Made by a program: the position numbers and the translations under genes. A DNA stretch of 64,000 nt from Bacillota bacterium. Its GTDB lineage: Bacteria; Bacillota; Clostridia; Acetivibrionales; DSM-1351. This document shows, in pieces, positions 49,202 to 58,390 of this stretch. Location: the NCBI GenBank assembly GCA_023391425.1, contig JAEWAX010000149.1, positions 177 through 64,176 of the forward strand. The letters are read 5' to 3'. How positions within the stretch are numbered: the first letter of the stretch is position 1; the number at the start of each line of letters is the position of its first letter. The notes below the pieces were generated by a model. It did no database searches and was not told the origin of the DNA. It saw only the letters and a program-made list of their open reading frames with translations.

Positions 49202-49624
49202 TTATGAAAAATTCACAGTCAGTACAACTTTCGTTCCTTTTCCAACCTCAGTAAATATTTCTAGCTTATCAGCATACTTTTTCATGTTAGGAAGACCCAT
49301 TCCAGCACCAAAGCCCATTTCTCGTATGTTATCTGGAGCTGTCGAATATCCTGCCTTCATAGCAAGCTCCAAATCTGGAATTCCTGGGCCATGGTCAATA
49401 ATAGCAATAATAACTTTATCACTGCAAATTTCAATGTCAGCATATCCACCTTTGCCATGGATAACTGCATTAATTTCTGCTTCATACATAGCAATAGCAG
49501 CTTTCTTAATTATATCAGATGAAAGTCCAATTTGTGAAAGTTTGTTTTTCACATTACTTGAAGCCTCACCTGCTGTTATGAAGTCATTTGCAGGTATATC
49601 ATACCTCAGTTTAATAGTGCCCAT
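49202..49624 (-). CDS. HATPase-type anti-sigma regulatory factor / Ser-Thr protein kinase (HfsC-like)
   Basis: 140 aa. N-box-like EAEINAVIHG, G-boxes DHGPGIP and GFGAGMGLPNM. Same size class as SpoIIAB/RsbW. Confidence 0.75.
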   Translation of the reverse strand: MGTIKLRYDIPANDFITAGEASSNVKNKLSQIGLSSDIIKKAAIAMYEAEINAVIHGKGGYADIEICSDKVIIAIIDHGPGIPDLELAMKAGYSTAPDNIREMGFGAGMGLPNMKKYADKLEIFTEVGKGTKVVLTVNFS

Positions 49625-49653
49625 TGGAGCCTACCTCCTACTTTAAATGAGAG

Positions 49654-49998
49654 TTAAGCTTTCCCTTTCAATCCAGCATTATATAATTTGCCGCTTGAAA
49701 CAAACATTGTATCCTTTGTTGACATTAAAACAATGTTTTTATCTTTTGCCAATTCAACCATGCCGTCTAAAGGAAGCTTTCCTCTGACAAATATGATTGC
49801 TTTAATGTCCATCATTTCTGCTGTCCGAATAACCTGCAAATTAATAAGTCCTGTCAATAATACAACATTTTGGGTTACATATGCCATTACATCACTCATC
49901 AAATCTGAACCACAAGCACTTGTAACCTCGTAATCCAAACAATCTTCCCCAGTAATTACCTGCGCATCAAGAATTTCAGAAATGTCACATAGCTTCAT
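49654..49998 (-). CDS. DRTGG-domain protein
   Basis: 114 aa. The LLTGLINLQVIRTAEMMDIKAIIFVRGK pattern is DRTGG-like. Confidence 0.6.
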   Translation of the reverse strand: MKLCDISEILDAQVITGEDCLDYEVTSACGSDLMSDVMAYVTQNVVLLTGLINLQVIRTAEMMDIKAIIFVRGKLPLDGMVELAKDKNIVLMSTKDTMFVSSGKLYNAGLKGKA

Positions 49999-50018
49999 TT
50001 TTTCACCCCTTATAGCGT

Positions 50019-50396
50019 TTACTCTTCATAATGTTTAAAGTTTTTATCTTTTCCTTTATCTTTAATGGGAGCTATACTTATTTGTTTTATATCTTTAAGC
50101 TCTGAATTATAATTATATCTATAATAGTAAATAACGTTTTGTTCATCATTAAAGATTACACTTATGCCGTATGGCCCTCCATATTTCCCAATAGACTCCT
50201 TATGATACTCAACGTTTAGCTTATACTCTTCTTCTTTATAACCTTTTGTTGTTAAATGTGCTATTACCTTTTGTTTAACAGAATCTACAGACTCAATTTT
50301 ACTTTCTTCAGGTGATACCCTAGAACAGCCAATCACTAAAATACTAATTATAAATATAGTAACTAATATTGCAGTTTTTCTATGCAAACTTTTCAT
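50019..50396 (-). CDS. Small lipoprotein, function unknown
   Basis: 125 aa. Signal peptide plus lipobox ILVIGCS. Confidence 0.55.
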   Translation of the reverse strand: MKSLHRKTAILVTIFIISILVIGCSRVSPEESKIESVDSVKQKVIAHLTTKGYKEEEYKLNVEYHKESIGKYGGPYGISVIFNDEQNVIYYYRYNYNSELKDIKQISIAPIKDKGKDKNFKHYEE

Positions 50397-50449
50397 AGCC
50401 CCCCACTTGGCATATCTTCAATGATATATAATTCTATTTTGTTAAATCA

Positions 50450-52108
50450 TTAAAAGAAACAACTTCCACCAATAAATTCTTTTACAATTGAATTATTTGG
50501 AATATCCTTTGCATCGATAGGTAAAAAGTAGCTTAAAAACTCAATTAATCTCTTTACCTCAGAATATCTTTCGTTCTCTGGCCCTAATTGCATTAAAAGT
50601 GGCTCTGCATATGTCTTGAGTAAGCACAATTCGTATACAAGTGAGGAATTAAACATAATGTCAGCATTCTCTTGATAGGGGAAAATATTTTTCTCCTCGC
50701 CTCTTCGAACAGATGGCCATCTATTAATCGTATTTATTGCTGAACAGCCTCTAAACTGGTTATCTCTTACTATCCTTCTGATTATTCTAGTATCAGTAGA
50801 TGGTATCCTATTGTGGTCATCAATGTTCATTGAAGTCAAGGCACTAACGTAAATCTTAAATTTATCTTCTGGTGAAATAGATGCAGTGAGCTTATCATTC
50901 AAGCCGTGTATACCCTCAATAACAAGAATATTTTTCTTATTCATAACCATTCTTTGTCCAACAGGCTCTCTCGAACCTGTCTCAAAATTATAAATAGGTA
51001 TTTCTACCTCATGACCATCAAGTAGTTCCGAAAGATGTTTATTAAAAAGGTCAATATCAATAGCCTCTAGCGCTTCAAAATCAAAATCCCCATCTAGATC
51101 CTTAGGGGTTTTATCTCTATTTACAAAATAATTATCCAAAGAGATAGTCCTAGGAACAAATCCATTTACTCTAAGTTGAATACCTAATCTATTTGCAAAA
51201 GTGGTTTTTCCGGATGATGATGGTCCAGAAATCAGAACAATTCGTTTCTCTTCTTCATGGTTTGTTATTTTATCAGCTATTTCAGCAATCTTTTTCTCAT
51301 GAAGAGCCTCGCTCACTCTTATTAAATCCCCTATTTCGCCTGCTTTAATAATGTCGTTTAATGCTCCAACATTTTCTACCCCCAATATTCTTACCCATTT
51401 TTTATACTCAATAAAAACTTTAAAAAGCTTTTTTTGTTCCGTAAATGGCTGAAGAACCTCTGGGTCTGATTTTGATGGAAACTGTATTACGACGCCGGGT
51501 TGATGGTATTTAAGGGCGAAACATTTAATATAGCTGGTATCAGGCACCATATACCCATAATAATAATCTTCGAAACCGCCACAGTTATAGACTGTAACAT
51601 ATGGCTTCTTCCTATGTTCTAGTACCTCGTATTTATCAAGTCTTCCAGCTTTTCTGTACAATTCTCTAGCATCTTCTGTAGAAATGACCCTCTTCTGAAA
51701 GGGTATTCCATCAGAAACAATCTTCTTCATCCTTGTATCAACTGCCTCTACCTCAGCCTCAGACAAGCCTTCGGCACCATTGATTTCACAATAAACTCCA
51801 TTGCTCATAGGATGACTTATTACAGCATTTCTTTCAGGGAAAACTTCACTAACTGCTTTAATAAAAATGAAATATAGACTTCTTCTATATATTCTCATTC
51901 CATCTTCATCAGTTAAATCAATAAATTTTATTTCTGCATCTTCGCTTATTTCATAACTCAATTCCCTTATGTCATTATTAACTCTGGCAGCTACAATAGT
52001 AGAAATATATTTATCTTTAAATCGTTTGCTCAGTTCAAGAAGTGTCGTCTTCTTATCAATCTCATACTTTTCATTATTTATTGTTATAAAAATTTTATTA
52101 TTGTTCAT
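50450..52108 (-). CDS. Uridine-kinase-family nucleoside kinase with an N-terminal TGS-like domain
   Basis: 552 aa. P-loop ISGPSSSGKTTFANRLG in the C-terminal half. The N-terminal beta-grasp-like region is ITINNEKYEIDKKTTLLELS. Confidence 0.7.
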   Translation of the reverse strand: MNNNKIFITINNEKYEIDKKTTLLELSKRFKDKYISTIVAARVNNDIRELSYEISEDAEIKFIDLTDEDGMRIYRRSLYFIFIKAVSEVFPERNAVISHPMSNGVYCEINGAEGLSEAEVEAVDTRMKKIVSDGIPFQKRVISTEDARELYRKAGRLDKYEVLEHRKKPYVTVYNCGGFEDYYYGYMVPDTSYIKCFALKYHQPGVVIQFPSKSDPEVLQPFTEQKKLFKVFIEYKKWVRILGVENVGALNDIIKAGEIGDLIRVSEALHEKKIAEIADKITNHEEEKRIVLISGPSSSGKTTFANRLGIQLRVNGFVPRTISLDNYFVNRDKTPKDLDGDFDFEALEAIDIDLFNKHLSELLDGHEVEIPIYNFETGSREPVGQRMVMNKKNILVIEGIHGLNDKLTASISPEDKFKIYVSALTSMNIDDHNRIPSTDTRIIRRIVRDNQFRGCSAINTINRWPSVRRGEEKNIFPYQENADIMFNSSLVYELCLLKTYAEPLLMQLGPENERYSEVKRLIEFLSYFLPIDAKDIPNNSIVKEFIGGSCFF

Positions 52109-52176
52109 AATGCCTCCATTTACCTCGAGAGTTTTTACAAGAACACAAATAATGTTTCTATGGCACGAGGTGAATC

Positions 52177-52272
52177 TGTTTTACAATTTGTTTTATTATT
52201 TTGTTCTACAATTTGTTTTATTATTTTGTTTTACAATTTGTTTTATAGTTTGCTTTATGGTTTGCTTAATAA
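52177..52272. repeat. Eight tandem 12-13-bp units TTTGTTTTAyww (three 25-bp super-units)
   Basis: The units read tgttttacaa, tttgttttatta, ttttgttctacaa, tttgttttatta, ttttgttttacaa, tttgttttatag, tttgctttatgg, tttgcttaataa. They lie in the divergent region between the kinase gene and prfC. Confidence 0.8.
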
Positions 52273-52527
52273 TTCATTTAATCGCTTATTTAATAAAATG
52301 TTTTAATATCAATTTCCATATATATTTATTCTATATAGAATGTAAAATGTCCTTTATATGTAATTATTTTTAATTATAGTTATCATTTGAAACAAAAATC
52401 ATACAACTTAGTGTTTTCAGTTTGTTTGGTATTTGCTGTTAAATACACATATTAGTATTTGACAGCATATTGGCTATAATATACAATGAAACGTGGTTGA
52501 TAAAAGAATTACGAGAGGTTAGGTAAA

Positions 52528-54147
52528 ATGTCAGATATAAAAGCTGAAATAAAAAAAGAAGTATCACGAAGAAAAACGTTTGCTATTATTTCTCACCCTG
52601 ATGCTGGTAAAACCACATTAACTGAAAAATTATTGTTGTATGGTGGTGCAATCAGATTAGCTGGTTCTGTAAAATCAAGAAAAGCAAACAAATACGCTGT
52701 ATCAGATTGGATGGAAATTGAAAAGCAAAGAGGAATTTCTGTCACCTCCAGCGTTATGCAATTTGAATATAACAATTATTGCATCAACATACTAGACACT
52801 CCTGGCCATCAAGACTTCAGTGAAGATACTTACAGAACTCTAGTTGCAGCTGACAGTGCTGTCATGCTTATTGATGGTGCAAAAGGTGTTGAAGCACAGA
52901 CAATAAAGCTTTTCCATGTATGTAAAATGAGAGGTATTCCTATATTTACATTTGTAAATAAAATGGACCGTGCTAGTAAAGACCCCTTCGAATTAATGGA
53001 GGAAATAGAAAGAGTACTTGGTATTCGCTCTTATCCGATGAATTGGCCTATTGGAACAGATGGTGATTTTAAGGGTGTTTATAATCGTGAGTTGGCACAA
53101 ATTGAACTTTTTGACGGCGGTTCACATGGTCAAACTCAAGTTTCATCTCGTGTTGGAAAAGTGGATGACCCTATATTTGCTGACCTTTTGGGTAGTCATT
53201 ATCACAATAAGCTTTGTGAGGACATTGAGCTTCTAGATATGGCTGGTGATGAATTTGATAAAAAGAAAATTCGCAGTGGAGAGCTCACTCCTTTATTCTT
53301 TGGCAGTGCAATGACTAATTTTGGAGTACAGCCATTTTTAGAAGAATTTTTGAAGCTTGCACCTTCGCCTGGTGTCGTAGAAACTACTGAGGGAGAGATT
53401 GACCCTGAGAGTGATAAATTTTCAGGTTTTATTTTCAAAATACAGGCTAATATGAATCCTACACATAGAGATAGACTAGCTTTTTTAAGAATTTGCTCAG
53501 GTAAGTTTACAAAAGGTATGTCTGTAAAACATGTGAATGCCGGAAAAGAAATTCGTCTCTCACAGCCACAGCAATTCATGGCACAAGAACGTACAATTGT
53601 TGAGGAGGCTTATCCTGGTGACATTATTGGACTGTTTGATCCAGGTATATTTAACTTAGGAGATACTTTGTATGAGGGTAATAGCGATGTTAAGTTTGAG
53701 GGCATTCCTATATTCCCTGCTGAATTCTTTGCAAGAGTCACTCCAACTGACACAATGAAGAGAAAGCAATTTATAAAAGGTATTGAACAGCTTTCTGAAG
53801 AAGGAGCTATCCAAGTTTTTAAGCAAATTGACATAGGTATTGAGGCACTAATCATTGGTGTTGTTGGTGCACTTCAATTTGAAGTATTGGAATATAGATT
53901 GAAAAACGAGTACGGTGTGCAGTTACGTCTTCAAAACCTCCCTTTTAGACATGTAAGGTGGATAAAAACCGAAGGCTTAGATCCAAGAAAGCTCAACTTA
54001 CCTAGTACAGCAATTATTGTAGAAGATAAACTAAGCAGAAACTGTTTACTATTTGAAAACGAATGGTCAATTAGGATGGCAGAGGAAAGAAATAAAGACT
54101 TGAAGCTAATTGATATAGCAACTCAAGACTTTAAAATACAAAGATAA
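52528..54147 (+). CDS. prfC: Peptide chain release factor 3
   Basis: 539 aa. RRKTFAIISHPDAGKTTLTEKLLLYGG, DTPGHQDF and NKMD GTPase motifs in the RF3 arrangement. Confidence 0.93.
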   Translation: MSDIKAEIKKEVSRRKTFAIISHPDAGKTTLTEKLLLYGGAIRLAGSVKSRKANKYAVSDWMEIEKQRGISVTSSVMQFEYNNYCINILDTPGHQDFSEDTYRTLVAADSAVMLIDGAKGVEAQTIKLFHVCKMRGIPIFTFVNKMDRASKDPFELMEEIERVLGIRSYPMNWPIGTDGDFKGVYNRELAQIELFDGGSHGQTQVSSRVGKVDDPIFADLLGSHYHNKLCEDIELLDMAGDEFDKKKIRSGELTPLFFGSAMTNFGVQPFLEEFLKLAPSPGVVETTEGEIDPESDKFSGFIFKIQANMNPTHRDRLAFLRICSGKFTKGMSVKHVNAGKEIRLSQPQQFMAQERTIVEEAYPGDIIGLFDPGIFNLGDTLYEGNSDVKFEGIPIFPAEFFARVTPTDTMKRKQFIKGIEQLSEEGAIQVFKQIDIGIEALIIGVVGALQFEVLEYRLKNEYGVQLRLQNLPFRHVRWIKTEGLDPRKLNLPSTAIIVEDKLSRNCLLFENEWSIRMAEERNKDLKLIDIATQDFKIQR

Positions 54148-54190
54148 AACAAAAAATTTTAAAAAAATAAAATAAATTGTTTGATAAAGC

Positions 54191-54219
54191 TTGACAAAAT
54201 GCGTAAACCTCTTTATAAT
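54191..54219 (+). promoter_or_regulatory. Consensus sigma-A promoter of the tRNA-Gln/tRNA-Lys pair
   Basis: TTGACA (54191-54196), a 17-nt spacer, then TATAAT (54214-54219). It lies about 19 nt upstream of the tRNA-Gln 5' end. Confidence 0.8.
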
Positions 54220-54237
54220 AGGTCTTGCGCTTGTCGT

Positions 54238-54314
54238 TGGGATGTCGCCAAGTTGGTAAGGCACCAGATTTTGATTCTGGCATTCCGTTGGTTCGAGTCC
54301 AGCCATCCCAGCCA
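54238..54314 (+). tRNA. tRNA-Gln (anticodon UUG)
   Basis: Acceptor TGGGATG/CATCCCA. Anticodon stem CCAGA/TCTGG with loop TTTTGAT. T arm GTTGG-TTCGAGT-CCAGC. Encoded CCA. Confidence 0.88.
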
Positions 54315-54317
54315 TTT

Positions 54318-54393
54318 GATCCATTAGCTCAGTCGGTAGAGCACTTGACTTTTAATCAAGGTGTCCGCAGTTCGAATCTGCGATGGGTCACCA
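54318..54393 (+). tRNA. tRNA-Lys (anticodon UUU)
   Basis: Acceptor GATCCAT/ATGGGTC. D arm AGCTCAGTCGGTAGAGC. Anticodon stem CTTGA/TCAAG with loop CTTTTAA. T arm CGCAG-TTCGAAT-CTGCG. Encoded CCA. Confidence 0.9.
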
Positions 54394-54402
54394 AAGCAAA
54401 AA

Positions 54403-54435
54403 AAACCGTTACTTTAAAAGTAACGGTTTTTATTT
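54403..54435 (+). terminator. Intrinsic terminator after tRNA-Lys
   Basis: AAACCGTTAC-tttaaaa-GTAACGGTTT followed by TTATTTTT. Confidence 0.8.
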
Positions 54436-54501
54436 TTATATAAATTATTTAATTCAAAATTGTATATTTAGTTTTCACATTTGATTATAAATCTTGCTAA
54501 T

Positions 54502-55452
54502 TTATTCATCCACTTTTGACTTTTTTATTTTCTTTCTAACTACTCTATATATTAACAATCCAATGAGTCCCAATGGTAAAATTATTGGCAATGCTGATGC
54601 TATAAATATTATAAAATTCTGTAGGAACTCCCCAACACCTGTCAAACTATTTTTAAAGCCAAATGCTATACGACTAAAGAATCCATCCTTTTCTTTAGGT
54701 GTTACAGGTTTTATTTGTTGAACTTCATTAATATTTACTGTTAACGTTGAGTATTCTACGAGTGAATCCCATTTTTTGATTGTTCCCGTGTAATTTTCAA
54801 TTTCATATAATACTGTCTGGAGTTCCTTTTCTATTTTTAATATATCCTCCATCTTATCAGCTCTTTGAAGAAGGGCCTGTAGACGCTCCTGTTGTATTTT
54901 AAGCGACTTTAAGCGTGCCTCAGTATCAAAGTATTGGTCAGTCACATCTTCCCCATTTGATTGTTCTAATACAACCGTACCGAATTCCCTCATGTCTATA
55001 AAAGACTGACTATATTTTTCTTTTGGAATTCTGAATACATATTCTGCACTCTTTAAGCCACCATAACCTATTCTTCCACTTTGAACTGAAGAATTTTGTA
55101 TAAAGCCTCCAATTGAAGTTATGTATTCACATAACTTCGTTCTGGTTTTTTCAAAATCTAGCGTCTCATAATTTACTTGACCCGTAAAAATAATCTTTTG
55201 GCTTACATTAGTATTATTCACTAGTCCCTGACTATTTGTAGAGTTAGTTTTTGCTTCAGAACTATCAGCTGAGCTTTGTTTTGCTCCCGATTTACTTACT
55301 TCTCCTTCATTTGTATTTACAATGCCATTGTTACCAACCGCAGCTGATTCTTGTGCAAAAGCAGCGCTATCACTGGTTTTAGTGCTACCACATCCGACAA
55401 TCGAAGTGGATAAAACAAGTATCAAAAGCCATATAAATAGTTTTTTGTACAT
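54502..55452 (-). CDS. DUF4349-like lipoprotein with a C-terminal membrane anchor
   Basis: 316 aa. Lipobox STSIVGCGS, a low-complexity linker, a coiled-coil region (DTEARLKSLKIQQERLQALLQRADKMEDILKIEKEL) and a terminal TM. This matches the DUF4349 architecture as I remember it. Confidence 0.6.
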   Translation of the reverse strand: MYKKLFIWLLILVLSTSIVGCGSTKTSDSAAFAQESAAVGNNGIVNTNEGEVSKSGAKQSSADSSEAKTNSTNSQGLVNNTNVSQKIIFTGQVNYETLDFEKTRTKLCEYITSIGGFIQNSSVQSGRIGYGGLKSAEYVFRIPKEKYSQSFIDMREFGTVVLEQSNGEDVTDQYFDTEARLKSLKIQQERLQALLQRADKMEDILKIEKELQTVLYEIENYTGTIKKWDSLVEYSTLTVNINEVQQIKPVTPKEKDGFFSRIAFGFKNSLTGVGEFLQNFIIFIASALPIILPLGLIGLLIYRVVRKKIKKSKVDE

Positions 55453-55621
55453 AATATCGTCCCCCCTTTAATTTGTCTTATTGATTTTTAAGAACTGATT
55501 AATACTTGGATGTAAACAATTAGATTCATTTAATAATTATAATACTTATAAGCAAACAAATATTATATATTAATAGACGTGTAAAAAATAGAAATGTTTC
55601 ATAACCATGTAAAAAAGTATA

Positions 55622-55654
55622 AAAAAAAGTATAAGCGATCCGCTTATACTTTTT
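55622..55654 (-). terminator. Intrinsic terminator after tRNA-His
   Basis: On the minus strand, AAGTATAAGCG-gat-CGCTTATACTT is followed by TTTTTTTATAC. Confidence 0.8.
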
Positions 55655-55732
55655 TGGGGTGGATAGTGGGATTCGAACCCACGACATCCAGAACCACAAT
55701 CTGGCGCTCTAACCAGCTGAACTATATCCACC
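55655..55732 (-). tRNA. tRNA-His (anticodon GUG) with encoded G-1
   Basis: The minus strand reads G-GTGGATA...TATCCAC-C-CCA. Anticodon stem CCAGA/TCTGG with loop TTGTGGT. T arm GTGGG-TTCGAAT-CCCAC. Confidence 0.9.
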
Positions 55733-55763
55733 ATACAACTCGGTGCCGCAAGACACATTTGAT

Positions 55764-55792
55764 ATTTTACGGCACAAAAGCATATTTGTCAA
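55764..55792 (-). promoter_or_regulatory. Sigma-A-type promoter of tRNA-His
   Basis: On the minus strand, TTGACA, a 17-nt spacer, then TAAAAT. It lies about 30 nt upstream of the tRNA 5' end. Confidence 0.7.
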
Positions 55793-55845
55793 TAGGTAAA
55801 CTTTTATTTTTTTATGTATTATATTTCCATATTTTATAAATATTC

Positions 55846-55874
55846 TTGATTATTACATTTTGCGATAGTATAAT
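55846..55874 (+). promoter_or_regulatory. Sigma-A-type promoter of the zinc-ribbon gene
   Basis: TTGATT (55846-55851), a 17-nt spacer, then TATAAT (55869-55874). It leaves a 5' UTR of about 100 nt. Confidence 0.6.
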
Positions 55875-55983
55875 TAAGTTGCTAAGGCTTATAATTTCTT
55901 ATTCTGATGTCACATCCTTTTTCGATCCGTAATGTTTAAGGTCTTATATGCTCAGCGATAAAATTTTTTCAGGAGGTAGTCTC

Positions 55984-56163
55984 ATGCAAGACAAAACACT
56001 TACTTGTAAAGATTGCGGTGCAACTTTCACCTTTACTGTTGGAGAGCAGCAGTTTTACGTTGAAAAAGGATTCACTAATGAGCCAGCGAGATGTCCAGAT
56101 TGTAGAAAAGCTAAGAAAGCATCTCAGAAAAACTTTAATAGCGGGTACAATAAAAGAGGATAA
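55984..56163 (+). CDS. Small zinc-ribbon protein
   Basis: 59 aa. CKDCG...17 aa...CPDC is a four-Cys ribbon (MQDKTLTCKDCGATFTFTVGEQQFYVEKGFTNEPARCPDCRKAKK). AGGAGGT lies 7 nt before the ATG at 55984. Confidence 0.7.
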   Translation: MQDKTLTCKDCGATFTFTVGEQQFYVEKGFTNEPARCPDCRKAKKASQKNFNSGYNKRG

Positions 56164-56199
56164 TAATGTGTTTAAAAATCATTTTAGCACTGTAGCAAT

Positions 56200-56229
56200 A
56201 AAACCCCTGAGAACTTTCAGGGGTTTTTG
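56200..56229 (+). terminator. Intrinsic terminator after the zinc-ribbon gene
   Basis: AAAACCCCTGA-gaacttt-CAGGGGTTTT followed by TGCTGTTTT. Confidence 0.8.
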
Positions 56230-56282
56230 CTGTTTTAGTGTTGAATTTTTTAATATTTTTGTATGTATTTCTACATGTATTT

Positions 56283-57341
56283 TTATTTATTTATAAATTT
56301 ATATATCGTTATGTGATGGTACTCTTCATTTGCCTTTAAAACCGGTGATGGGAAGTTCTTGTGTTTCATTGCATTTGGAAAATACTGGGTTTCTAGACAA
56401 AGCCCAGACCTCTCTTTATAAACTGCATTATCTTTACCAATTAACTTTTCACTTAAATGGTTACCAGAATAGAACTGGACACCGGGTTTTGTTGTAAACA
56501 CTTGCATTGCTCGTCCACTTTCAGGATCATATAGTTCTGCTGCTACTTCATTAATATTTCCTTTTGTATTTAGAACCCAGTTGTGGTCATAGCCTACTCC
56601 ATTCGCAATTTGCTCATCTTCACTATTTATATCATCGGCTACGCATTTCATTTTTGTAAAGTCCATTACAGTACCTTTAACGCTTCTAATCTCACCAGTT
56701 GGTAAACACTCATTATTAACGGGAGTAAATTCATCAGCATTAATATATAGCTGATGCTTTAGAGCATCTCCAGAATCATGTCCAGAAAGATTGAAGTATG
56801 AATGATTTGTTAGATTTACCACTGTGTCTTTATCAGAAACAGCAAAATAATTTATCTTTAACTCATTTTTTTCAGAAAGAGAGTATTCAACCTTAACATC
56901 TAACTTCCCTGGATAGTTTTCTTCTCCATCGGGGCTTGTATGGGTGAGTATTAGTGTATCTACTCCATCTTGATTTGTTGTTGTTGCCTCCCAAGTAACG
57001 TTATGAAAGCCTATTTGTCCTCCATGAAGGTGGTTCCTTCCATCGTTTTTTGCAAGCTCATATACCTTGCCATCGAGCTCAAATTTCGCGTCTTCTATTC
57101 TGTTAGCATGTCTACCTACTAATGCCCCTATGTACTCAGCGTTATCAAGATACTTATCCAGCTGTTGGTACCCTAGCGCGACATCTGCAATATTGCCATT
57201 TTTATCTGGAACAAGTATTGAGACAACAATTCCTCCAAAATTAGTGATATCAACAGACATGTTTTGAGAGTTTGTTAATGTAAAAATATCTACTTCAGTG
57301 CCATCTGGCAATGTGCCAAAGTTATTCTTTGTAATACTCAA
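56283..57341 (-). CDS. galM: Aldose 1-epimerase (galactose mutarotase)
   Basis: GALVGRHANRI, HLHGG, LTNHSYFNL and GLCLETQYFPNA are mutarotase motifs. I prefer the TTG at 57341 after AGAGGAGGA. Confidence 0.85.
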   Translation of the reverse strand: MSITKNNFGTLPDGTEVDIFTLTNSQNMSVDITNFGGIVVSILVPDKNGNIADVALGYQQLDKYLDNAEYIGALVGRHANRIEDAKFELDGKVYELAKNDGRNHLHGGQIGFHNVTWEATTTNQDGVDTLILTHTSPDGEENYPGKLDVKVEYSLSEKNELKINYFAVSDKDTVVNLTNHSYFNLSGHDSGDALKHQLYINADEFTPVNNECLPTGEIRSVKGTVMDFTKMKCVADDINSEDEQIANGVGYDHNWVLNTKGNINEVAAELYDPESGRAMQVFTTKPGVQFYSGNHLSEKLIGKDNAVYKERSGLCLETQYFPNAMKHKNFPSPVLKANEEYHHITIYKFINK

Positions 57342-57550
57342 CTTTTTTCCTCCTCTACGGTTATTATTATGATCAATTAACAATCTCTAAGCTTCAGATA
57401 CATTAAGTAGCACCTAAAGTTTAGAACCCTGTATATATAATAATTTAATATACCTAATATTGCAAATAGTTATGAATAAGTCCAAAATTTCCGCATGTAA
57501 ATTACAAAAGCAATTAGGGATAGTCTCTCTTCTTTATATCTATACCAATT

Positions 57551-58390
57551 TTATCCTAAAGCAACATCCAGAATCATCATTAATGTAAATCCAATAACGC
57601 ATCCGGCAGTAGCAAGATGTGTACTTTTATGATTCCCGTTTTGCGCCTCTGGAATTAGTTCCTCTACCACAACAAAAATCATTGCACCCGCTGCGAATGC
57701 AAGTGCATAGGGTAATATAGGCTTAATAAACATAACTGCTGCTGCTCCAATAACTCCTGCAATTGGCTCAACTATACCTGATGCTTGTCCATATAAAAAG
57801 CTCTTTTTCCTTGATAAGCCCTCTCTCCTTAAAGGAATTGAGACAGCGGCGCCCTCAGGAAAGTTTTGTATCCCTATTCCTATTGCAACAACAATTGCAG
57901 ACATAATTGATACACCACTTATTCCATTTGCTGCAGCTCCAAATGCTACTCCTACAGCTAAACCTTCTGGAATGTTATGTAAAGTAATTGAAAAAACTAA
58001 TAATATACTGCGTTTTAGGTGTGTTGAAATACCTTCACTTTCACCATCGCGTGAACTAAAATGTATATGTGGCATTAGCTTATCAGCCAACCATAAAAAT
58101 GCTGCACCACCCAAAAAACCTACCGCTGCAACAAACCAAGCTGGTAATGACGAGCCTTTTGCCATATCTATTGCAGGCGCCAATAATGACCAAAAGCTAG
58201 CAGCAATCATTACTCCTGCTGCAAAACCCAGCATAGCGTTAAGAACACGCTGATTGATTTCCTTGAAAAAGAACACCATTGCAGCTCCAAATGCTGTAAT
58301 TGCCCATGTCATAAGTGTAGCAAGAAGCGCTAATAACACATGATTTTGCCCATTAATCCATTCCAATATATAATTCACCACCAATTCCAA
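57551..58390 (-). CDS. ZIP-family metal cation transporter
   Basis: 279 aa with about 8 TMs. HNIPEGLAVG and QNFPEGAAV are the paired ZupT/ZIP motifs. Confidence 0.85.
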   Translation of the reverse strand: MELVVNYILEWINGQNHVLLALLATLMTWAITAFGAAMVFFFKEINQRVLNAMLGFAAGVMIAASFWSLLAPAIDMAKGSSLPAWFVAAVGFLGGAAFLWLADKLMPHIHFSSRDGESEGISTHLKRSILLVFSITLHNIPEGLAVGVAFGAAANGISGVSIMSAIVVAIGIGIQNFPEGAAVSIPLRREGLSRKKSFLYGQASGIVEPIAGVIGAAAVMFIKPILPYALAFAAGAMIFVVVEELIPEAQNGNHKSTHLATAGCVIGFTLMMILDVALG

